Assembly: GCF_000142905.1 (NCBI RefSeq)
Contig: NW_013657672.1
Span: forward strand, 390,244 to 454,243
Direction of reading: 5' to 3'
Source: Thecamonas trahens ATCC 50062
Taxonomy: Eukaryota; Protista; Apusomonadida
DNA length: 64,000 bases
Shown: positions 29,702-40,100 of the stretch, piece after piece
Layout: the number at the start of each line of letters is the position of its first letter
Numbering within the stretch: the first letter of the stretch is position 1
Translations under genes and position numbers: made by a program
Notes under the pieces: model-generated
What the model was told of the DNA's origin: nothing
Database searches by the model: none
The model's input: the letters and a program-made list of their open reading frames with translations, nothing else

Positions 29702-31147
29702 ATGTCAGCCTCCCCTCCCTCCGCTGAACTCTCTGCCCGCGCCCGCGGCGGCATGGTCGGCCTCGCCGTGTGCGACGCCCTCGGTACCTCGGTCGAGTTC
29801 TGCGCCCGCGGCTCCTTCCCGCCCGTCACCGATCTCCGCGGCGGCGGCCCGTTTGATCTCCTTCCAGGCCAGTACACCGACGACACGGCTATGGCTCTTG
29901 CCTCGGCCTTTGTCCTACTCGACTCCGGGTGGCGGTCTGATCCTCACCATGCTGCCGCTCTCCTCGATGCCTACGCCGAGTGGTGGCGGAGCGGCCACTG
30001 GTCTCCCAACGCCCGCTGCTTCGACATCGGACGCACCGTCTCGGCCGCGCTACGGGTCTATGCTGGTCACGCCGATGATTTATCTTCTCGCGATGCTTGG
30101 CTCGCCCGCGCTATGGCTGGTGATGCCGACGACGACCGCAGATCGGGCAACGGGTCGCTGATGAAGGTGCTGCCGCATCTGCTAGCCTCGGCTGCTGCCG
30201 TTGCGACCGCGCCCGACCCGGCCACTGCCGCCACACGGGTCATCGCTGCCGCCGTTGACGCCTCGCGACTCACCCACCCGTCCGCCATCGCCTCTGACTG
30301 TATCTCCATTTACGGCATGATGGTGTTTGGCGCCCTGCTCGGCTACGAGACCGACGCGGCGGCGCTGATGCCGGACGCCGACGGCACGCCGTACACCCTG
30401 CCGGGCCTCGACCCGTCCAAAGTTTGGGCCTCGCTCTGCGAACCAGTCCGCAGCATGCTTGCGACACGCGCATATGCCACGGCTATGCCCGACGAGTCTG
30501 GCGATCCCGGCGAGGCCATCACAGCCTCCGGCTACGTCCTCAAATCGCTCGAGGCCGCCATGTGGGCGCTCAACCATGCCAACGGCTCGTTTGAGCGAGG
30601 TGCGACGCTCGCTGTCAACCTTGGCGATGACGCCGACACTGTCGGTGCCATCTATGGCGCACTGGCCGGAACGCTCTTTGGCGAGGCTGCTATTCCCGAG
30701 TCCTGGCGCAGCGAGCTGGCACACGCCGCGCTCCTCGCTGCAGTTGGCGAGTGGCTTGTGGCCATGCCGTCGCTCGACGCCGACGTGGGCGCTCTGACAT
30801 CAGAAAATGCCGGTGCCACCGCTGCCGATGCGCTCCTCCGCGTCGTCGAGTCCGGATACCATGCTATCTACAACAAGTTCTCGCCTGGCCCCGGCCCGCC
30901 GTGCGTGTGGCCGGGCGGATACCCGTCGACCGACGCCATGCAGACTGACGTCGACGCCAAGTTAACGGCTGCATTTGCGGCAGCTGCCGATGCCGAGCCT
31001 GGGTACGACTCGGGAGTCCACGACTGCATCCTGGCCACATTTTCCAAGCAGGCCGCGGCCGACAAGGCGATTCTGGAACGTGCACTGCGCGCGCGCCCAG
31101 CTCGCACCTCGCTGCTTGGCGCCATCAAGCTGGCCAAGTCGAGTTGA
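29702..31147 (+). CDS. ADP-ribosylglycohydrolase (DraG/ARH family) with C-terminal extension
   Basis: GMVGLAVCDALG, GQYTDDTAMAL, CFDIGRT, GNGSLMK, SRLTH, VNLGDDADTVGAIYGALAG. Start taken at ATG 29702, just upstream of the domain. Confidence 0.92.
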   Translation: MSASPPSAELSARARGGMVGLAVCDALGTSVEFCARGSFPPVTDLRGGGPFDLLPGQYTDDTAMALASAFVLLDSGWRSDPHHAAALLDAYAEWWRSGHWSPNARCFDIGRTVSAALRVYAGHADDLSSRDAWLARAMAGDADDDRRSGNGSLMKVLPHLLASAAAVATAPDPATAATRVIAAAVDASRLTHPSAIASDCISIYGMMVFGALLGYETDAAALMPDADGTPYTLPGLDPSKVWASLCEPVRSMLATRAYATAMPDESGDPGEAITASGYVLKSLEAAMWALNHANGSFERGATLAVNLGDDADTVGAIYGALAGTLFGEAAIPESWRSELAHAALLAAVGEWLVAMPSLDADVGALTSENAGATAADALLRVVESGYHAIYNKFSPGPGPPCVWPGGYPSTDAMQTDVDAKLTAAFAAAADAEPGYDSGVHDCILATFSKQAAADKAILERALRARPARTSLLGAIKLAKSS

Positions 31148-31160
31148 ACTTGCTTGATGG

Positions 31161-32430
31161 CTACTTGTGCTTGGCCCGTTTCAAGTTGGCGTGGCTCTCC
31201 GCGTCGTCGCGGCGCCGCTTGCCCGGACTTGACCCGGCGTCGCTCGGTGCGGGCGACGGAAAGTCACCAGGAATGCCAGAGACACCACTCACACCACCGA
31301 GGAGCTGGCGGGTGAGCGGGCCCATGGCAGACGAGCTTGGGAGCGCGAGCGACGGCGTGACGCCAAGGCTTGGCGAGGTGCCAGATGCCGACGCAACGGA
31401 GGCCGACTGTGAACGCGAGCGGCCTGTAGAGCTGCCGAGATTGAGCTTGAGATTCTTTTTGTACCTCGCGGTGGGCGTAGTCGAATCGTGTCGGCCTGCC
31501 GCAGCCTGCGGCGTTGTCCCACCCGACGGTGGCGGATGCGCCTCAACCTGGGGCACGTTGACCGATGGCCGCTGCGGCGATGCCTGAGCGGCGGTGGCCT
31601 GCCCCACCGGGTCACGGACCGAGATCATGGCGTAGGATGGGTCTGTCGGCTCGCCGGCTGGAGGCGCGGGGTCGAGGATGCCGACTGCCATGTTGCTGAT
31701 AGTCTGCAGCTGCGCGCGAGTCCGCGGGGTAAAGATGTTGTCATCACCGGGCGTCTCTAGTAGCGACGACGCGCCAAAGATGCTTGAAGGCGAGAGCAGC
31801 TGGGTTGCTGCTGACGGCGGAAGGAGGAGCGTTGTCGAGCCAAGCGAAAAGATGGCCGACGGCGGCGGCTCGATGACGTTCACATCGCCTATGCTCTGCA
31901 TCGCATGCGGAAGGCCGCTGGTCTCCACCGGCGGCGACGAGCCGGCGGCTTGCGACGGCTCGTTTCCTGCCGGGTTGACCAGCATTGACGAGGCCGCTGC
32001 TGGCGGTGCGCCCTTGACCACGCACTCCTCAAGAATGCGCATCTGCTGTTCTGCGGCAGAGACAGCGCGCTGGGCGACGGCAAGAACAGCCCGGGCGCGG
32101 TCGACCTGCTGGCGGGCGCTGTCGAGTGCCTCTTCAGCGGTGAGAATGGCCTGCTCCTTGCGGCGCATAGCGGTAGATACCTTGGCGGTGCCTGGCGCCG
32201 AGTAATGCTCGTCGTATGCCTCATCGGTCACCTCCTCGTTGGGAATGCCCGTCAGCAGGGCCACGGCCGAGTCGACGCAACTGCCCTCCGAGGCGTACGA
32301 GTAGACTTCATCCGCGGACACCCTATCCCGCGAGATAAGCAGGACAATGCGGCAGCCTGTAAGAATGGACAGCTCCATGGCCTTCTTCATCACTCCGTAC
32401 TTGCGCTTGACAAACGTGGTCTGTCTCGGG
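31161..32430 (-). CDS. MADS-box (SRF/MEF2-type) transcription factor; 5' end lost in gap
   Basis: RQTTFVKRKYGVMKKAMELSILTGCRIVLLI...YSYAS, then coiled coil, Ser/Pro-rich tail and basic C-terminal NLS-like KRRR...KRAKHK. Confidence 0.88.
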
Positions 32431-32453
32431 CACCCATGCAGGGCGGCGGGTTT

Positions 32454-32553
32454 NNNNNNNNNNNNNNNNNNNNNNNNNNNNNNNNNNNNNNNNNNNNNNN
32501 NNNNNNNNNNNNNNNNNNNNNNNNNNNNNNNNNNNNNNNNNNNNNNNNNNNNN
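32454..32553. other. Assembly gap (100 N)
   Basis: N run. Confidence 1.
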
Positions 32554-32771
32554 TCGACCAACCGCCCAACCCAACCCTCCCGACCCACGCCCCCCCCCCC
32601 CCTCCCCCCCCACCCCCCCCCAACCCTCAACACCCTCCCTTCCCCACACTCGCACATGCGATTTGCACCACACCCCAACCCCAAACTCCAACCCAGACCA
32701 ATGCTTCCACCACCGCCACCTGTCGCCCACCAGCCCCCTTCCCCCCCCCCCCCCCTGCTCCTTCCAGACAC

Positions 32772-34727
32772 ATGGCCACCCTTCCAGACGGCTGGGAGGC
32801 CCGGTTCAATCCCGAGACCAACTCGACGTACTACGTCGACCACAACACCCGTACCACACACTGGGAGCTCCCTGGCGCTGCCACGGTGGCTTCCTCCGCC
32901 TCAACTGGCTCGGCGTCAATGCGCCCCGATGGACGACCCTCGCCGCCGGACGTTCCGCCAGGCTGGGAAGCCCGCTGGGACGCCACCTACGCCCGGTACT
33001 ACTTCTTCAACCTTGTCTCGCTCGAGTCGGTGTGGGAGCTTCCGCTCGCCGCCGCCCTTCCGCCCGGCTGGGAGGAGCGCCACGATCCGAGCTCCGGCCA
33101 GCCGTACTACGTCGACCACAAGAGCCAAGCCACCCACTGGTCCATGCCACCAGAAGCCTACGCTGCCACCCAGTCGAGGCCACAGCCACAGAACCTGCCG
33201 GCGTACGCGGGTAGTACCTACACCGGCGCTGCCACCGGCGCCGCCACAGCGCATCCGCCGGCAGCCGATGCTGCCGCCAATGAGGAAGCCCGCGCCCTCA
33301 TTGCGTCTGCGCTCGGCAACCTGCGCGAGGCCGTTGAGCGTGGCGACTCGACTGGCGCGGCCCTCTTTGTCAACCGTATCGAGCAGGAGTTGGAGCCGCT
33401 TGAGCGGCGCGACGGAGGCCAGGCCGCATACGCCGCCGACATCCGCGCTCAGATCGGCGAGCTCCAGGTCCGCCTGCAGGAAGTCGGCTACCAAGCCGAG
33501 TTCACCCGCGTCTCCAACACGCTCCAGCAGCTGGTCGGCGAGCTTGAAGCCGCCGTCGCCTCGCAGGCGGTCGAGGACGCCGATGCCCGCGCAGCCGCGG
33601 CCCGCGCCCTCATCGACTCGTCACGCGACTCACTCTCCCAGTCGATGGAGGGCCGTGACCTCCTCGCGGCGCACTCCTCGCGGGTCGACGAGCTGCTCAG
33701 TGCTCTTGCCAACGTCAAGAAGCTCACCCGCTACTCCCGCATCATCGGCGACGACCTCGCCGCCCTCCGCGCCGCCGTCAACCGCGCTGACGAGGCCGAC
33801 GCCGCCCGCGCTCGCACCCATGCCGTCGACACCCTCCAGCAGCTCCGCGATGAGCTCGGCTCCGGTCAGCCGCCCCCGCAGGTGACGCAGTTCTACGAGG
33901 CCACAGAGGCTATGCTAGTCGAGCTGGACGCCCAGCTCGAGACTGTCGTCCTCGCCGCAAAGGTTCTCGACGCCGCCGCCGCTGTCGACACCACCTCCGC
34001 CGCCCTCGCCTCCGCCGCCACCGCGCTCGACGAGCCGGCCTTTACAGCCGCCGCCACCCGCCTCCGCTCCCAGCTCGAGGCCATGGGCCGACTCGTCGCC
34101 GACGCGCCGCCCAGCTCGTCTGACGTCCTCTCGCATGTCCAGGCTGTCTCGGACGGCTGGGCCTTGCTCGAGCGCGAGGAGGCTCGCTTTGCCGAGCACA
34201 TGCGCGAAGCCCGCATGGCCGAGCTCCGCGGCAACGTCGAGGCGCTGCAGGCCAACTGCAACGCCTGGGCCAGTGCTGGTGACTTTGACTTTGTCGAGCC
34301 AGCCAAGCGCCAGATCGTGCAGGAGCTCGTCCGCAACTATCAGCTCTTTGCCGACATGGACGACGGTCAGCGGTACATCGACGACCTCCTGCTCTGGGTT
34401 GGCCGTGTCGACGCCGCCGCTGCCGCCGCCAAGCTCGGCGTCAGCCTCCCGCCGCTCAACCCTGGAGCCCACCCGTCCGTCCCGAGCGCGTCGTTCCCGC
34501 CAGTCACCGCAGCGACTGCACCGTCGACACCCGCCGCCTCATCAGCGCCGCCGTTCGCCTCGTCACCGGCGCCGGCGTCGGGCATGCCGTCGGCTGATCC
34601 GGGCCTCGATGCCGCCGCTGCCGCACTCCCACCTGGATGGGAGGCGCGGCGTGATCCGTCGAGCTCGCGCCTCTTCTACGTCAACCACCGTGACCGCACC
34701 ACATCATGGACACCGCCGCAAGCCTAG
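32772..34727 (+). CDS. WW-domain protein (three N-terminal and one C-terminal WW around a long helical region)
   Basis: LPDGWEAR..YYVDHNTRTTHWELP, VPPGWEAR..YYFFN..VWELP, LPPGWEER..YYVDHK..THWSMP, LPPGWEAR..FYVNHRDRTTSWTPP. Confidence 0.9.
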   Translation: MATLPDGWEARFNPETNSTYYVDHNTRTTHWELPGAATVASSASTGSASMRPDGRPSPPDVPPGWEARWDATYARYYFFNLVSLESVWELPLAAALPPGWEERHDPSSGQPYYVDHKSQATHWSMPPEAYAATQSRPQPQNLPAYAGSTYTGAATGAATAHPPAADAAANEEARALIASALGNLREAVERGDSTGAALFVNRIEQELEPLERRDGGQAAYAADIRAQIGELQVRLQEVGYQAEFTRVSNTLQQLVGELEAAVASQAVEDADARAAAARALIDSSRDSLSQSMEGRDLLAAHSSRVDELLSALANVKKLTRYSRIIGDDLAALRAAVNRADEADAARARTHAVDTLQQLRDELGSGQPPPQVTQFYEATEAMLVELDAQLETVVLAAKVLDAAAAVDTTSAALASAATALDEPAFTAAATRLRSQLEAMGRLVADAPPSSSDVLSHVQAVSDGWALLEREEARFAEHMREARMAELRGNVEALQANCNAWASAGDFDFVEPAKRQIVQELVRNYQLFADMDDGQRYIDDLLLWVGRVDAAAAAAKLGVSLPPLNPGAHPSVPSASFPPVTAATAPSTPAASSAPPFASSPAPASGMPSADPGLDAAAAALPPGWEARRDPSSSRLFYVNHRDRTTSWTPPQA

Positions 34728-34755
34728 CGCACACATGCTCCCTTTAAACCTGCCA

Positions 34756-36421
34756 TTACACCGCCACATACGCCCCTGCCCCGCCCGACGACCGGGCCTT
34801 GATCACAATAAAGGCGAGGCCGGCGGCAGCAGCAAAACCGATAAAGAGCGAAATGAACGAGACCGCGTACGGCCCGGCCAGCGAGGTCTTGGCCGGCGCC
34901 GGGATTGGCGAAGGCGCAGCCGGGGTCACGTCCTTGGGCTCGATGACAAACAGGCCGTGCTGCATGTCCGAGACATAGATGTACGGGTTGGGATCGCCGT
35001 AGCCGGGCCACACGCCCCAAGCGCCACCAAAGCCTACCTTGAGGTGCGAGGTGTCGTACTGGCCGGCAACAACCGGGTGGACTGGGTCGGAAATGTCGTA
35101 CACCACAACGCCCTCAGTGTAGTAAGAAATCCACAGTTCATCCTCGCCCTTGACAAATGCGTTGTGCGCTGAGACGCCGTCGTTGTCCTTGACGATGTAG
35201 ATCTCATTGACCTCCTTAACCGCGTGCACGTCGCGGATGTCAAAGATGGTCACCGGCGAGCCGATGTCCTCGTGGGTCACATACAGGTACTCGTTGTTGA
35301 GCGTCGGCCACGCGTTGTGAGTCAGCTTGTACGTCGTCGGCCAGATCGAAATGGTCTCCACGCCAGCGCCGGCAGGGTCGTTGACGCCGAGAAGGAAGAG
35401 CGAAGGGTTCGGCGGCGTCTCGTTGATGCCGCACGCGTAGAGGACGTACCCGGCGTCCTCACGGTACTGCACCACCAGGTCGTGGACGTAAAAGTCGCCC
35501 CAGGTGGCAATCGACACCGGGTTCTCTGGGTCAGACAGGTCATAGACCCGGATGCCACCGGCAGACGCCATGCCCTTAGTCACGTCGCCGCCGCACACGT
35601 ACGCGTACGGCCGGTCCGTCTCGATAAAGATGTTGTGCGCAAACTCAAAGTCGCTGTTGTCGCGCTTCACCTCTTTGGGCGTCCGCGGGAACGAGACGTC
35701 GATGACAGAGAGTCCGTCACCGGTCTTGTACGGCTCGAGATACGTCGGGTCCACGTTGGTCAGCGAGTCGATGAACGCCTGCCCGTACATCGAGTCGTGG
35801 ACCGAGTAAATGTAGTTCGAGTACGCCTTGTGGTCGCGCCAGATGGAAAAGTAGCCCTTGAAGAACGCCGCCGAGACCGGCGCCTGCGGCACCGTCGTGT
35901 CGAGAATCGAGACTCCGTTGCCGGCGCCCACCACCGCCAGCGTCATCCCGGTCTCCTGCGAGTAGTAGCCCCACACGTCGTTGACCGGCGTCGTGCCCTT
36001 GGCAGAGTCCAGGAAATCGTTGACAATGTCCAGCACCTCGTAACCGAGTGCAGACCGGTTGCCTGGCCCCACCTCGTTGGCGTACTCCAGCCCGACCTTG
36101 ACAAACGATTCCACGTCGCACTCGACCGTGTGCCGCATGATCTCCACAGGTACCGGGCAGACCGTCACCAGTGCCTCCGTGTTGCCGGTCAGCAGCTCAG
36201 TATCTGTCCACACACACCACACACCACACATCTTTGAGTGAGACACACTCTTGCCCTTCCCCATCAACCCGCTCCAACCTGCTCCCATCACGCCGTCTCC
36301 GCCACCTACACTTGTGCACACCGACCACATCCAGGTCGAGGCTCTTGGCACCCACAGCAGGCTGCGCCACAAGCAGAGCCACTGCAGCAAGCAAAGCCAC
36401 CGTAGCCAGATCCTTCATCAT
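34756..36421 (-). CDS. Choice-of-anchor B / LVIVD-repeat beta-propeller protein, type I membrane topology; one intron (about 36204-36310)
   Basis: Signal peptide MMKDLATVALLAAVALLVAQPAVGA; acceptor CAG at 36206-36204 (exact donor ambiguous). Motifs NDVWGY, WRDHKAY, AHNIFI, YVHD, THNAW, AHNAFV, SYYTEGVVVYDIS, GAWGVWP; C-terminal TM. Confidence 0.8.
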
Positions 36422-37102
36422 GGTGAAGACGTGTGTCTCACACAACCATACCTAGTCCTGGTCGTGGCCGTGCGGGGGCGGCTCGGCTGTCACCTTTGCC
36501 ACCACTCGCCCCCGCCCGCCAGCAAGCACGTGACCGCCGCTGTCAGGCTCTCACCATCCGTCACCAATATTGTTGGTTGAGACGCGGAGAGTGCGGCGGA
36601 ATGGCCCGAATCCGGTTGGCTCAGCAAGTGAAAATTTGGACGGCCTTCCGGCAAAACCACCGAGTCATGCGTGCAGGCCATGTCACACATATCGCTGTAC
36701 TTGTGATGCTCCCTCCCTCCCTCCCTCCCTCCCTCCCTCCCTTCCCCCTGCCCCCCCCCCTCTTCTTGTCTGCCACACCACCGCCATACCAGTTCCATGG
36801 CGATGCTCTGTCTGACGCATGACTTGCTTTGCTTCTCTTCTCCGCTTGCCGCACGCCTGCGGTTGCAACCAACCCAAGTACGCGTGTTGCCAACTCCGCC
36901 CCAGCCTTAACTGCCGACCCTCGCGCTCAACTGCCGCAGCCACACTCCTCGCCCCCCCTCCCCCCCTCCCCCCGCCGCCCAAGACCTTCCCAACCCATCA
37001 AGACTCGGCTGTGGGGGAATACCTTGCTCTCCGTCGTAGCTTGTCCTCGTCTACGCCCTCCCGCCTGGCTAAGCACCGCATTCCAATCGTTGCTGTGTGA
37101 GA

Positions 37103-40100
37103 ATGTACTCGGTAGCGGCGTCGTCCACGAACCGAACAACGTCCTCGGGCTCGTTGTCGGACACCGACAATTCACTGCTCTCCGAGCTGGATGCCATCGA
37201 TGAAGCGCTGCTTGGCGAGACGACGCAGACACGGATTGAGACCATTCTGGCCGCTGTCGAGACGTTCGCTTTTAATGCTCTCTTTGCCATCGTCTCGCGC
37301 ACCTCATCACTCCGCATTGTCTCCATCCTTGTGCTGCTCATCGAGTTTGGCCAGCTCGCCGCCTTTGCCTTTGCGCCCATCTTTGAGTGGGGCCCATGGG
37401 CCGACTCATCGCTCCAACCTGTGCTCTCGGTCCTCTCGCTGCGAGTGGTTTTCTCCTCGTTCCACATCTTCCGGCTCATCAACTTTGCTGTGTACGCAGC
37501 GCTCATCGCAGCAGCCTGTGACGCTGCTTATGTCGGCCTTGCCCTCCGCGACCACTCACGGTCCAAGATCTGGCCGTTGCGACTGCTGCGGTACGCCGTC
37601 GGCTTTGCGGTCACCGTCCTGTACATTCCGATCATGAGCGTCCTCCTCACGCCGCTCGCTTGCGACTACGAGGCCGAGCCGCCCGTCCTCCGTGACTACT
37701 CGGACGTCGGGTGCTGGGAGGTCGAGATCACAGCCTACCGCATGGTCTCAAGTGTCCTTGCGCTCGTCTTTCTTATGGGGACGGCGGCTCTGTCGCTGGT
37801 GTACTTTCAGGACGCGCTCGGATCGGGGCACTTGCTCGCGCGGCCACACGCGCGGGTCGACTGCGCCACCCATGTGGTCAAGACGGTGCTTTTGTTTGGG
37901 TTTGCGACCGGAGCTGGCTCGCCCGGGGTGCTCGGCGGTCTTCTTGTGGTCACTATGATCTCCATCTTTGTGCTGCAGGTCCTGTTCATGGCTCTGTACA
38001 ACCTCAAGCTCCAGCTGGCGCGGACTGGTGGCTTCCTCGCGCTGGCCTGGCTCGGATCGATGGCACTGGCGACGGTGTCGGTCAACGGGCATCCCTCCGA
38101 CGATGGCGTCTCCCGTGGCAGTAACGGGGTTTTTGTCTCGGCTCTTCTCATCGCACCGGCGGTGGGCGTCTTTGGTGCTGTTCTGGCCTGGTTGCGGCTG
38201 AGCAAGCTCTGGCGTCGGCATACCGTTGCCACCGTTGGTTCTGTGAGCAGTAGCGTCGATCTCAGTAGCTCTCGGTTCATCCTTGTAACTGACGTCGAGC
38301 TCGTGGCACGGATGCACATGGCGTCGGGCAACATTGACGCCGCCAACAGCGTCTTCCGCGCCGGCTTTGACCAGTTTCCCAACTCGGTCTTTGTCGTCCT
38401 CTGCTACGTGCGGTTTCTTGCGAGTGTGGGCAACACTGCGATGGCGCACGCGTATCTTGACAAGTCGCATGCTCTCCCGGCATGGATCGATCTGCGGTTT
38501 GCGCGGTATCGCAAGATGCGCGAAGTGGAGCAGGCGCAGCTCGCGCGCGGGCTGACGACCGGCTCGATGGACCTTGTCTCGTACGTGCAGTTTGAGAGCA
38601 TGCTGCGGACAGCCAAGTCGCACCACAACTCGGCGCTACGGGCGGTGAGCACGTTCTGGCGCACGCTGCTGCGATCTGACCGGGCGTTCCTGGAAAAGTC
38701 TGCCAAGCTCATTGCGCGGATCGACGAGTCTGAGCGGACGGCCAACAACTACTACCGGCAACTGGTGCGCAAGTACCCGACCGCGCCGGGCCTGCTGTCG
38801 GCGTACGCCACGTTTCTGGACGAGGTGTCGAACAAGCCGGCGCTCGCGTCGCGGTTCCTCTCCAAGGCCAAGCGAGTCGAGGCTGCGCTCCGCGACAGCA
38901 CCGAGCACGGCGAGGGCGCTGATGCTGAGGCAGCGTTGGCAACTGTTAACGGTGCTGTCGATGCTCTGGTCACACTCACCGAGGATGGCTGTATTGCGTC
39001 ACTCAACACGCATGCCCGCAAGCTGCTCGGCTTTACGCACGCGTTGTCACGTGATGAGTTGCTCCACAAGCCGTTTGGCCTTGCGCTCCTTGCCCCATCG
39101 TTCTCCGAGTGGTTCCATGACATGCTTGCGGACGCATCGACATCGCCGCGTCCGCTACTGGTCACTGTGAGGTGCAAGGACAAAAGCGAGCTCGCGGTCA
39201 ACATGATTCTCGCACGCGTGCCGCGTGCCGACGTGGCACACTTTATGGTCATCCTCCGACCAGTTCAGACTCGCTCGCATCGTGTTGCGCTGTACTGCAC
39301 CAAGAATGGTGCCGTGGCCGCACTGGCGGGATCAGTCGAGCGCATGCTTGGTCTCGACCCTGAGGATCTGCTGGGCGCTCCGCTATCCCAAGTGCTGTCC
39401 TCACCATCGGCCGGGTCGTCACAAATGCGGCCCAACGTGTCGAATGGTTCGTTCGGCTCATACCGTGAGCTGACCGCCTCGACCAGCGACTCTAGTGGCC
39501 TGCAAGCCTGGCTTTCCACCCTCGACAGGGGCGCGGTGGTGCCTCTGGCTCCGCGTCCGTTCCGATTGGCCTGCGCTCCGGCAAAGAAGCCGTGGTCATT
39601 GGCTCGGGTGTCCACGCGTTTGGCACCGGCCCTGGAGCAATGGGCATGATTGTGTTGGAGTCACTGGCTACGCATACTCTCGAGTTTGCGATTTCGGCCG
39701 AGGGGCGGATCCTAGCCTGCCCATCATCGGCGGCACAGGCGCTGTTTGGCAGGAGTGAGACTGAGATGCTCGGGCAGACGCTTAACTCTGTGTTCGTCGT
39801 GCCAGACGACAACGTTGTCGCCAACAATCTGCCGAATGTTATTACCGAGGCCACCCACGAGCGCGCAGCACACGTCATAGCCGAAATGGAACGGCCTGGT
39901 GCGGGCAAGCAGTTCAAGCCAGCCGAAGTCTGGGTCGATACCTGGGAGCAATGGCGGATGCTTCGCTCCGCGGCCGTCGGCGAGTTTGACCGAGAGACGG
40001 GCGCTCTCCCGCTGTTTCCGCACCTCCCGGGTCTCGACGACGGCAACACAGTGGCACTTCTTGCGACTGTACCCCATCCAGATTCTGGTCTAGCACTCGC

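Noticed and set aside
27518-29886. Long minus-strand ORFs across the 180-bp repeat
   Set aside because: Expected by-product of a stop-free GC-rich repeat; no independent evidence
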